Shown here one piece after another: positions 1 to 9,005 of a stretch of 64,000 nucleotides of DNA. Numbering within the stretch: the first letter of the stretch is position 1; each line of letters starts with the position of its first letter. The notes beneath the pieces are model-generated. The model saw nothing but the letters and a program-made list of their open reading frames with translations, did no database searches and was not told the DNA's origin. The stretch lies in the IMG/VR virus record IMGVR_UViG_3300006204_000001; one strand, given 5' to 3'. Source of the DNA: a virus (lineage: Duplodnaviria > Heunggongvirae > Uroviricota > Caudoviricetes). The position numbers were made by a program, and so were the translations under genes.

Positions 1-472
1 TCCCTTCCCTCACTAGTTCCACAGGAATCCCACACCCCGGGCCCTCCCCGCCCACCAATTGTCATTCAGTCCAATATGACTCGCAAGGTGTGCAGTACCA
101 ACCTTCATACTCACTTTTGTAAATATCACCTTGCTCATAAAGTTTAGTAAATATCTTTTGCACAGCCTTTTCGTGATAATCGTCTGTTGTACGAATAAAT
201 TTATCATAGCTAATATCAAGCAATTTCCACAAATCTTTTAAATCGGATACCACTTTATCAATATAAACTTTAGTTGGTGTGTTATGCTCTGCTGCCACCT
301 TTTCTATTTTTTGTCCGTGTTCGTCAGTTCCGGTTAAATAAAATACATCTTTACCTTCCATTCGCTTAAATCTTGCAATTGCATCGCAAATTACAGTTGT
401 GTAGCAAGTTCCCAAATGCCATTTGCCGCTTGGGTAATAAATAGGGGTAGTAATATAATATTTTTCAGACAT
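1..472 (-). CDS. metG: Methionyl-tRNA synthetase, N-terminal fragment (bacterial type, partial at window edge)
   Basis: YYITTPIYYPSG, HIGH-like HLGT, FYLTGTDEHGQKI, FIRTTD, GWYCTPCESYW are MetRS motifs. The frame continues past the TGA at 62-64 as a corrupted zinc-knuckle sequence. Confidence 0.93.
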
Positions 473-609
473 ATATATCTCCTTCGCTATACGAATGAGT
501 ATAGCTTTAGTTATTTTTCAGTTTTAATCATTTTTAAAAATTATCGTCTAGCTTTATTAGTTTTTATTTCTCTAACATCTTTATAAAGGCATTTTTTAAT
601 AAAATTTAT

Positions 610-650
610 AAAAATAAAAGTGATGAAATTTATCATATTAATTCATCACT
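610..650 (-). terminator. Intrinsic terminator of ORF 666-929
   Basis: Inverted repeat AGTGATGAA(619-627)/TTCATCACT(642-650) with a T-tract on the minus strand. Confidence 0.6.
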
Positions 651-665
651 CATCATGTAGCTAAA

Positions 666-929
666 TTAAAAAGCGGCTTTAGCTAAGCCGTCATTTCCAT
701 TGATATGTCTTGCTTGTGCACGTAATTTTATGTAGTTGCGTCTTAATATACCAATGGTACTTTTTGAATCACTCAATATTGTCATATGAGGATTCATTCC
801 AATTGAATAAAATAAATTATCAATATCATTACATATACTTGATAATTCATCTTTGTAATTATATGGAATAGCATGATTTAATTCAATCAATAAATTATAA
901 ATTGAATTAATTATATTAATATTATCCAT
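666..929 (-). CDS. Hypothetical protein (87 aa), antisense to the intron fragment
   Basis: Strong RBS AAAGGAGGTG, early-type TATATTCT motif upstream, terminator downstream. Confidence 0.7.
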   Translation of the reverse strand: MDNINIINSIYNLLIELNHAIPYNYKDELSSICNDIDNLFYSIGMNPHMTILSDSKSTIGILRRNYIKLRAQARHINGNDGLAKAAF

Positions 930-1000
930 ATTAATTCACCTCCTTTCTATATAAAGAATATATAATTATAGAGAGAAGGTATATAAATTTTATTTGACAA

Positions 1001-1184
1001 AGTTCAACGACTATCCTTTAGATTATAATATTAATAAAAATAAATTATTTATAATCAACAGGAGTACGGCTATTACAAATAGTAGGTGAAATTCCTTTAA
1101 ATGGAAAAGTATAGCTCTGGATACTAAAAATGTATCTCAAAGATATAGTCTCAACGTCTATAGAGATATAGAGTTAAGATAATG
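1001..1184 (+). mobile_element. Group I intron, 3' half only (R and S elements, P9, terminal G at 1184 or 1178)
   Basis: R GTTCAACGACTA (1002-1013), S AAGATATAGTC (1140-1150). The 3' end is nearly identical to that of intron 22845-22426. P and Q elements not found upstream. Confidence 0.85.
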
Positions 1185-1895
1185 ATAAAACTGTGGTAAG
1201 TGCTATTTGGCCTGATGAATGGATGCCATATTTAGTAACAAAGATTGAACGTGATCAATATGGGGTTGCACATCCAGTAGGTCCAAGAGAACGAGTAGAT
1301 ATGCTAACAAACCCTAATGCTATAATTAATAGATCTATCCCTATCATATTAATAGAAGCATCAGTTACATTTATATTAGATAGAGCTAGAAAACATGCTG
1401 CTACTATAGAAGATTTAAATGAAGCTGCAGACTTTATATTTGATATAATGAAAATTCTTAATCCTAAACAAGGAAAAGAATGGATAAATCTATATGAAAA
1501 GTTAAGTGATAAACAAAAGCAAAGATTTATCATGGATTCTATTTCATTAACTCCAGAAGGTTTGTTAATTACAAATAATGGATGTTATCTAAGATGGGAA
1601 ACATTCAATGAAGAATGGATGATGAGAGATGTTATTTTGAAGATATATGATAAATATTCTGATATAATAGAGCCTTATCATTTATTTGTACCAAAACCAA
1701 AATGGGGTAGAGATATTTACCTTAAACAAGATTGTATTGGATATCAATATATAATGGTATTGAAACAATCAGGTGAAAAAGGATTCTCTGTTAGATCAGC
1801 AGGATCAATATCCGATGAATCATTACCAGAGAAATCTAATCGCAATAAAATGCATACACTTTCACATTCAGAAAAACCAATAAGATTTGGTGAAT
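1185..1895 (+). CDS. Multisubunit RNA polymerase beta C-terminal subunit (AR9-type, likely non-virion), internal exon
   Basis: KTVVSAIWPDEWMP (GNKGVxSxI.PxxxMP motif), DMLTNPNAIINR, FSVRSAG, KPIRFGE. Confidence 0.88.
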
Positions 1896-2236
1896 GGAAA
1901 ATATTCATGTTCACAATAAATTCTTTTAATTGCGGGAACGAACTTGTTATGTTATAGATACTAAATTATATTATTACTAATATAATGGCTATTAGACTTT
2001 TTATAATAGAATTATTCTAATAGGTATAGTAATAAGTCTATAAATAGAGTCAACCACGCAGCTATACAAATAGTTCATCGACTATCGAAAAGCTATGATA
2101 TACGAGAAATACGTATATTGATTGTCAGATTGATATTGACAATAATAGTTAGTAGAGTATACTATTATAGTAGAAATGAAGGACATTATGAAGATATAGT
2201 CACAACGTTTATAGAGATATAAAGATAAGATAATTG
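1896..2236 (+). mobile_element. Group I intron (341 nt, no ORF) in RNAP beta-C
   Basis: 5' exon ends GTGAAT and pairs with IGS GTTCAC (U.G). P10 TTCAT pairs with 3' exon ATGAA. P AATTGCGGGAA 1928-1938, Q CAACCACGCAGC 2051-2062, R 2073-2084, S 2191-2201, terminal G 2236. Splicing restores RFGE-Y-ETPNF. Confidence 0.93.
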
Positions 2237-2736
2237 ATGAAACACCCAATTTCATGGTGATCACAGACCCCAATGATTTTGCTTTAGTTACAGCATTATA
2301 CAGAACATCGATAGATGGTAGAAGATGGATGTATGAAGCAATATTATCTGATGATGGAAAATATAATATACCAGATAATTTTACGTCAAGATCTGTAGAA
2401 ATATTACAGGTATATTTAAAATCATTAGGTATCAGAATGGAAACGATTATGAATGAAGATGAATATATCGGAGAAGCTGAACATGAAGATCAGCTAATCG
2501 GATATAGTGTAGGTCATACAGTCATATTTTGTTCTCCAAATGAAATGTATTATTTAAAGAAGCTTAATAAGGTTTATCATCGATATTTAAAAGACCATCC
2601 TAATACAATAGATGATATAGATGATATATGGGATTATTTAATAGATAATCTACCATTTAAAAAGAAACATCTAACAGATAGTATTAGAGAATTATTTGAT
2701 GATAATATGAAAGATTTTGCATTAGAGGAGGTTTGA
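2237..2736 (+). CDS. RNAP beta C-terminal subunit, last exon
   Basis: In frame after splicing (T|AT GAA ACA CCC AAT TTC ATG). Contains SVEILQVYLKSLGI, the beta C-terminal motif. Confidence 0.88.
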
Positions 2737-3260
2737 TAATGAATGATCCATTAACAGCATATTATGTAATAAGATTATTAACAACAATTTCATTCTTAAT
2801 CATTATAATTATTATTGGAGCAGCTTGTCTATATACTTATTTTGAAATATTAGTAAAAAAAGTACTTCAAAAATATATTATTACTAAATCTAATTATAAT
2901 ATTAGCAGAAAAGAATATTATAAAGCATTATCTGAAAAGGAAAAACTAATAAAACATAATGAGTCGCTTAAATACTCTATGGAAGTATTAAAACAAACAA
3001 AAGAATTTATTAGTCAATATGTTGTGTGTGAATTCTCTACTTTTATAGATAATAGAGATATATCAAAAGTAACATTATCTAATATAAGATCATTAGCAGA
3101 AGAATTAGCTGTATATATTCATATATCATTAAACACAAATGCTATTGATTGGGAAAATGTTATTTTCAGTTCAACTTATTATGATAAATTCATAATCAAT
3201 ACGACAATCATGTTTATTAAGAAATTATTTGAGGAAGTAACAGATCAAGAATTAGTATAA
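2733..3260 (+). CDS. Hypothetical membrane-anchored protein
   Basis: N-terminal hydrophobic helix, RBS GAGGAGG. Confidence 0.75.
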   Translation: MIMNDPLTAYYVIRLLTTISFLIIIIIIGAACLYTYFEILVKKVLQKYIITKSNYNISRKEYYKALSEKEKLIKHNESLKYSMEVLKQTKEFISQYVVCEFSTFIDNRDISKVTLSNIRSLAEELAVYIHISLNTNAIDWENVIFSSTYYDKFIINTTIMFIKKLFEEVTDQELV

Positions 3261-3275
3261 AGGAGAAAAATAATT

Positions 3276-4340
3276 ATGGAAGTGAAAAATGATTTAAAAA
3301 CAAATCCAATTGATACTGAGGAGAAATATATGGGAGTTGATACAGGAGAAGAAAATTATGAATGTAATGTAGTATCAATTACTGATGAGAAAAGAAAAAA
3401 TCTTGAAAATTTTGATACATTGACAGAATTCCAAATCAATAAGATGTTACATACAGCACGTGAGACAGTTGAAATTGTTGAATCAAATTGGAATACAACA
3501 CGTAAAGAGTTTGAGTTATCAGATGATCAGATGAAACAATTATATGCATGGCATGAAGCAAATCTAATTCAGATGCCAGAAAATATATCAGAAGAAGATA
3601 AAGAATCATTTGATTATTTTCAGGCTATATATAATCTTCCCGAGGAAGAAATTAATAAAATATTCCCAGAAGATCATCCAATAATTGGTATTGATAATAA
3701 ACAAACACTTGATCGTATTCATGATGCATTTATTGATTTCTTTAATTATTTATCTGCAATGAGACAATATGACAATCTTAATAGGGATTATCTTAGATGG
3801 ATTGAAATTAAAGAAGAAAGTAATATTATTGAATTAAAAATGCATACACAGAAAGAAACCGATCCTGAAAAGAAAGCTATACAAGAAAAATCTCTTAAAA
3901 AATATTGGTATAGAAAAACATTATCATTCTTAGCAGAACCCATAGATGAAGGAATTATAAAATTCTTAGTTAAGTCATATGGTGATAAAAATAAGATTGA
4001 ATATTGGATTAACAGATCACGTGATAAGTTTAAACAGATGAATATTAGTAGCAAGTTTATTTTAGAGATATCACAGTTTGAAAAACGTTTCTTACCTGAG
4101 AAATATCATCCTGTATCCAATATGTTATTATTATATTTCATGAATCAATTAATATATGCATCTAATGAAGATGACAAATCTAAAGTAATGATTATGGTAG
4201 TAACATTAAATGGTTTTGTATTAAGAGTATATTCAGATGAGTTGAATAATAAAATACTTAATAATATTATGAAACTATTAGATCAGTTCATAGATCCAAT
4301 AATAGAAGCATACCCATTAGAGAGCAGAGAAAATCAATAA
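3276..4340 (+). CDS. Hypothetical protein (354 aa)
   Basis: Long ORF, RBS AAGGAG, followed by a hairpin terminator. Confidence 0.8.
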   Translation: MEVKNDLKTNPIDTEEKYMGVDTGEENYECNVVSITDEKRKNLENFDTLTEFQINKMLHTARETVEIVESNWNTTRKEFELSDDQMKQLYAWHEANLIQMPENISEEDKESFDYFQAIYNLPEEEINKIFPEDHPIIGIDNKQTLDRIHDAFIDFFNYLSAMRQYDNLNRDYLRWIEIKEESNIIELKMHTQKETDPEKKAIQEKSLKKYWYRKTLSFLAEPIDEGIIKFLVKSYGDKNKIEYWINRSRDKFKQMNISSKFILEISQFEKRFLPEKYHPVSNMLLLYFMNQLIYASNEDDKSKVMIMVVTLNGFVLRVYSDELNNKILNNIMKLLDQFIDPIIEAYPLESRENQ

Positions 4341-4404
4341 TACATTAAAAGGGAGGAATATTCCTCCCCTTTATATATTTTATTTTTAAGAAAGGAATAT
4401 AAAT

Positions 4405-4911
4405 ATGCTTAAATATGAAAGAACTTTAGAAAGAGATACTGTTACTGGAAAAATCTATGAATGTATTATGACAGGGGAATTATTATCAGATGATGATTTA
4501 GTATCATTATTTAATAAATATAATAAAACGGTAATGGAGGTTTATTATGAACATTTTAATTCATTTGATAAAAACAAAAATAATTCTATTTCTAAAGATG
4601 ATCCAATTATTATATCAGGAATTAAAATGATTCAAGAAGCAGAAGAAATGAGAGAAACACTGAAGTATTATTATAATTTAAGAAATTTATGTAGAATATA
4701 TAAGAATGATTTTGTATATTATCATTTTGATGATTTGGAACGCAAATTACAAATGATATCAGAACAAGTATCATTGTGGATAGATGTTCCATTTTATGAA
4801 ATACGATATAATGTAGATTTTAATCCAATAATAAGGATGGAACAACAACTATTAGAGAAAGAAATATTGATAAGAGAAATAGAAAGAAGAACATATAGTA
4901 GCATGGATTAA
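4405..4911 (+). CDS. Hypothetical protein
   Basis: ORF with RBS AAGGA. Confidence 0.7.
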   Translation: MLKYERTLERDTVTGKIYECIMTGELLSDDDLVSLFNKYNKTVMEVYYEHFNSFDKNKNNSISKDDPIIISGIKMIQEAEEMRETLKYYYNLRNLCRIYKNDFVYYHFDDLERKLQMISEQVSLWIDVPFYEIRYNVDFNPIIRMEQQLLEKEILIREIERRTYSSMD

Positions 4912-4926
4912 GTTCCATGCTACTAT
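4895..4926. terminator. Hairpin between convergent genes
   Basis: ATAGTAGCATGGA/TCCATGCTACTAT inverted repeat. Confidence 0.65.
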
Positions 4927-4935
4927 AATTATTTT

Positions 4936-6270
4936 TTATACTTTTTCTATATATGCTCTACCTTTTACTGATAATGCAATCCATCCTTGACCAGATTTAA
5001 GTTTACCCCACATATCGGCTCCAGAACCTAATGATTCTTCTATTATAGTATATACACCATGATTTCTAATTGTACCAGTCTTTGAAGATGATGAATTAGG
5101 TTCTTTTCTAATATTAAGGTTTGCTGCTGTTACTCTTGCTAAATATGGAACTTTAGCTGATTGACCATTTTCACCTTTAGCAAATTTATCATAGAATGAT
5201 TGTCCATATGATGCTCTTCTAATTTTAACAGCTTCACTTTGATCAGCTGGTTTTTCAAATATTGTTAAAAATGCATCTGATGCTTCTTTTACAGATTTAG
5301 CATTAGCTAATATATTTAATAATACAGGATAACCAGCTAATTCTTTAACAAAGAATTCAAACTGCATTACTCTATCACCAATAGATCTTTTTGTTTCTTT
5401 TGCATATGTAAGTAATTTTTCTTTACGAGTATAGAATGTCCATTGGCAATATCCATACCCAGCTCCATCTTTAATAAAGTTTTTATATGTACCTTTATCT
5501 ACAGCTTCTGTATATTGCTCATCTGTCATCTTCAATTTACTTTCAAAATTATTCTGAAGATTATTAGATCTTAATCCTGATTCAGCAAATATGCTACCCA
5601 TAATACCTGCTCTAGCAAATTCATTAAATCCATTTGCTAAACTATCCCACCAGAATTTATCATCAGGAACTATATATTTGATATTAGGAACAACAGCTTC
5701 ATTACTATCAACTATTCCACTTGCAGTAGAAACATTAGTTTCTTTATTAAGAATGAGATTAACTTCAGATGCAAGTTTACACATATTTGCATATAAATAT
5801 GCTCCTGGGCATGATTTATTTTTAAAATCTCTATGAACTGTCATGTTACATCCATTAACATGATTAATACGATCATTTTTATTTGTAGACCATCTTAATT
5901 CTTTAATGCTATTACGTTTACAGATATCAGCACATAATTTCACTAATGAATTCCATGCTGCTGTAGAGCATTTATAATTAACACTCTCAATACTTGCAAC
6001 TTCAATAGTTACAGCTCTCATATCATTGGCTTTATTTGATGAACACCACGATCTATCTTTTTCTTCAACATACATAGCAATTCTACCATCTGATCCAATT
6101 CCATAATTAGAAGATGCTTCTCTATTCTGGAATATGGCACCACATGTTTCTACTGAACAATTTCCTGCCATTGTATGGATACTTATGGTATCAATAGTAT
6201 GATTTCTATTTAATGTCTTATTAGGACTAATCTTTACATAAGACACTAATGAACTATTTGAAAATGCCAT
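4936..6270 (-). CDS. Endolysin: Amidase_2 + phage-lysozyme-2-like domain + SH3b cell-wall-binding domain
   Basis: ISIHTMAG...SSNYGIG...WCSS...VTIE...TVHRDF.NKSCPG (amidase); AGIMGSIFAESG...GYGYCQWT...FEKPA (lysozyme-2); LNIRKEP...WGKLKSGQGWI (SH3). Confidence 0.9.
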   Translation of the reverse strand: MAFSNSSLVSYVKISPNKTLNRNHTIDTISIHTMAGNCSVETCGAIFQNREASSNYGIGSDGRIAMYVEEKDRSWCSSNKANDMRAVTIEVASIESVNYKCSTAAWNSLVKLCADICKRNSIKELRWSTNKNDRINHVNGCNMTVHRDFKNKSCPGAYLYANMCKLASEVNLILNKETNVSTASGIVDSNEAVVPNIKYIVPDDKFWWDSLANGFNEFARAGIMGSIFAESGLRSNNLQNNFESKLKMTDEQYTEAVDKGTYKNFIKDGAGYGYCQWTFYTRKEKLLTYAKETKRSIGDRVMQFEFFVKELAGYPVLLNILANAKSVKEASDAFLTIFEKPADQSEAVKIRRASYGQSFYDKFAKGENGQSAKVPYLARVTAANLNIRKEPNSSSSKTGTIRNHGVYTIIEESLGSGADMWGKLKSGQGWIALSVKGRAYIEKV

Positions 6271-6285
6271 AATAAATCCTCCTTT

Positions 6286-6753
6286 TTAATTTGAAAGCTC
6301 TTCAATACTAATAGGTATTTGATAATATGTACCATCAGCTTTCTTGATCACAACATTTGAACTTCTTACACAATTTCTTCTTGACAATATACCAACCTCA
6401 CAACCTTCAAGCTTTGTAAAATCTGATAATTCAGGTTGTTCAATAAATATCTGTAATCCATATGCTTTAGCGATATCATGTTCAATAATGCATCCACGTG
6501 CCTTTTCCCATCCAGAGCAAAAATACACGGCATCAACTGTACTCATCTTTTCAATAGATTTAGAAAGAAACTTTACAGGAATATTTACTACTCCCTCTGC
6601 TTCAAGATTTTCTTTTTTACTCCATTCTTCATCAAAGAATGTATTAATTACTTCATATCCTTTTTCTTTAAGAAATTTTACAGCACTTTCTTTTGTTGCT
6701 TTAATCTGTTCATCTGTAAATCCATTCATTGGTTGACTAATCATTGCTTTCAT
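6286..6753 (-). CDS. DUF4406-like (nucleoside deoxyribosyltransferase-fold) protein
   Basis: ISQPMNG...DAVYF..GWEKARGCIIEH. Confidence 0.7.
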   Translation of the reverse strand: MKAMISQPMNGFTDEQIKATKESAVKFLKEKGYEVINTFFDEEWSKKENLEAEGVVNIPVKFLSKSIEKMSTVDAVYFCSGWEKARGCIIEHDIAKAYGLQIFIEQPELSDFTKLEGCEVGILSRRNCVRSSNVVIKKADGTYYQIPISIEELSN

Positions 6754-6782
6754 ATTTTTTATTCTCCTTTTTAATTAAATTT

Positions 6783-6893
6783 TTAATCTTCATTTTCATC
6801 TTTTCCATTTTCGAACTCAGCTAACATTTCAGGATCAAGTTCAGCTTTACCTTCAGGTGTATCCATCTTATCAATAATATCTGGATTAATCAT
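6783..6893 (-). CDS. Small acidic protein (36 aa), not in ORF track
   Basis: RBS GGAGGTG then MINPDIIDKMDTPEGKAELDPEMLAEFENGKDENED. Confidence 0.55.
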   Translation of the reverse strand: MINPDIIDKMDTPEGKAELDPEMLAEFENGKDENED

Positions 6894-6895
6894 TT

Positions 6896-7288
6896 TTATT
6901 CACCTCCTGCATATTTTACAATAATATCTTCGCCAAAAGCATTTACCTCATGACCAAGATGATTAGTAGTTACACATGTATATGTATCAATATGACAATC
7001 ATTACCAATTGCAACATGTCTATTGATTAGCATATCTAAAATAAATTCTGCATCATCTACTAATACTCTATTATATGAAGTATCATGGTTATGTTTATTA
7101 TTTAATACATCATCTATACTAATAGGATCAGGAATTTCAAGATTTAATTTTTCTGCTTTCTGTTTAAGTAATTTACAAATACTTTTAGATTTACATATAA
7201 TAGGATAACCCATTTCAGCAGATTTTTTAATAAGTTCTCTGGTTTTTCCAGTTTGTCTAGGTCTAATAATTTGTTTAATCTCTAACAT
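6896..7288 (-). CDS. Small P-loop-like protein
   Basis: RQTGKT and VLVDD Walker-like motifs, RBS AAGGAGG. Confidence 0.6.
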   Translation of the reverse strand: MLEIKQIIRPRQTGKTRELIKKSAEMGYPIICKSKSICKLLKQKAEKLNLEIPDPISIDDVLNNKHNHDTSYNRVLVDDAEFILDMLINRHVAIGNDCHIDTYTCVTTNHLGHEVNAFGEDIIVKYAGGE

Positions 7289-7419
7289 AATAAATCCTCC
7301 TTTTTAATTTGAAATATTAGATATATTTATCTTATGAAAATAGTATATGATGAATTACTAATTATTAACGATAACAGGGTGAAATTCCCAATAAAAATAA
7401 GAAAAGGAGATATAATAAT

Positions 7420-8904
7420 ATGTTAAATTCAATAAAAGCAATGATTAACGAGAAGCAATCTTTTCTTGCTGAGGCAGCTACTATCTTTGAAGATGGAATT
7501 GGTAATCTAGATGATTCTATTGTATTAGGAGAATCTACAGAATTACCTGAATCTTTTATGGAGGAAGAATCTATTGAAGATAATGATGAATCATTAGATA
7601 ATGAAGGAGAAGAGAATATAGATAATGATGAACAGTCAGAGGATGAAGATACTTCAAATGGTGATTTATTGAGTGGGTCTGTAGAAGAGGAGGAACCTGA
7701 AGAAGATACATCTAATGATCCTGATTCATTATTGGATATACCTGTAGATGATGAAGGTTTAGAAGGACCAGTTGAAGAGCCTGCTCCTGAAAATAATGAT
7801 TTATTGGGTAGTACTATGGATGATCCATTACCTACCCCAGTAGGAAATCAAACAGGAGAACCTATTACGGATCAAATAGATAATCTTCTTGATACAACTA
7901 TTGATCTTCAGACTAATACCATTAAAGATTCATTACCTATTCCACCTGCTAATGCTGCAGAAGCATTACCTGATGATACTATGTCTACACAGAAAGTAGA
8001 TAGCGGATTTGGAGGTGATAGTTCACCTATTACACCTGTAGAAAATAATACTCCTCCAGTAAGTGAAGAATCGGAAGCTGATATAAATACAAGTGATACT
8101 CCCGGTGATGCCACAATTGATATGTCTATGGAATCAGTTATGAAAACTATAGAGAATAAATATAATGATTATGTTAAAGAATGTAAAGCAATGGGTATTG
8201 ATGCGTCTCCATTGACAGTATTCATTTATGAATCAGGTCTTAATACATTAATTGAATCATGTAATAAAAATAAATCATGTTCTGAATGTTCAGATGGTAC
8301 TGATTCATGTAAAGAAAAAAGTAAAAGGGAAGCGGATGAAAATAAATGGAAAAAGATTTTTGAAAAAGCAAATATCTTGGTTTCTGCTGATGGGGAAAAA
8401 GGTTATCATCTTGAGGATGTTCCATATATCTTATATTGTGCTAGTTGTGCAAATAAGAATAAGAAACCTGTATCGAAGAAAGAATTTAATTCAAATGAAA
8501 AATTTGGCAAGATTAAAAAAGATGTATATGATAAATTGTCTTCTATGATTAAAAGTAATAAATTTAGTGTAGTATGTGAGTCAGTAGAAGAATTATATAC
8601 TAATTCTGAGCTTATGTCATTTACAGAAGGTATTACATTAGGAGATGAATCATCTGATACATCATCTAATGAAGAAACATCAACAGAAGAAGTACCAGAT
8701 GGAGCAGCTCCTGAAAATGATGTAACTGCAGCTGTACGTGATAAAGTTGAAGAATCTGAAGAAGTAAATACTGATGGATTAGAAGATTTCGATACAGAAG
8801 AATCCGATAGTGATTCTAAATCTAAGATGGAAGATATTATGAAGAAACTTAGTGATGTTACTAAACGCATAGAAGATATCAAAAATACAGCAATCAAGAT
8901 CTAA
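7420..8904 (+). CDS. Acidic low-complexity protein, putative internal head/scaffold protein
   Basis: D/E-rich, multiple x-x-E-S/G motifs, directly upstream of portal. Confidence 0.6.
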   Translation: MLNSIKAMINEKQSFLAEAATIFEDGIGNLDDSIVLGESTELPESFMEEESIEDNDESLDNEGEENIDNDEQSEDEDTSNGDLLSGSVEEEEPEEDTSNDPDSLLDIPVDDEGLEGPVEEPAPENNDLLGSTMDDPLPTPVGNQTGEPITDQIDNLLDTTIDLQTNTIKDSLPIPPANAAEALPDDTMSTQKVDSGFGGDSSPITPVENNTPPVSEESEADINTSDTPGDATIDMSMESVMKTIENKYNDYVKECKAMGIDASPLTVFIYESGLNTLIESCNKNKSCSECSDGTDSCKEKSKREADENKWKKIFEKANILVSADGEKGYHLEDVPYILYCASCANKNKKPVSKKEFNSNEKFGKIKKDVYDKLSSMIKSNKFSVVCESVEELYTNSELMSFTEGITLGDESSDTSSNEETSTEEVPDGAAPENDVTAAVRDKVEESEEVNTDGLEDFDTEESDSDSKSKMEDIMKKLSDVTKRIEDIKNTAIKI

Positions 8905-9005
8905 TTTATTAATAGTGGGATTGGGACTTATAAAGTCCCATCTCACTTAATTAAGTAAAATGATGATTACTGGATTTTAAAATTTTCTAAAGGAGTTTAA
9001 AAGTA

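Noticed and set aside
1-64. In-frame TGA in metG as stop-codon recoding, selenocysteine or DGR-type hypermutation
   Set aside because: Neighbouring codons show C, T and A all changed to G at the window end, typical of read-end error; DGRs mutate only A.
473-660. Prophage attachment site
   Set aside because: No integrase or att repeat is visible, the lineage is lytic, and the junction truncates an essential phage gene.
2082-2273. Intron-encoded proteins (also 21835-22035)
   Set aside because: Short antisense frames with no RBS and no endonuclease motif.
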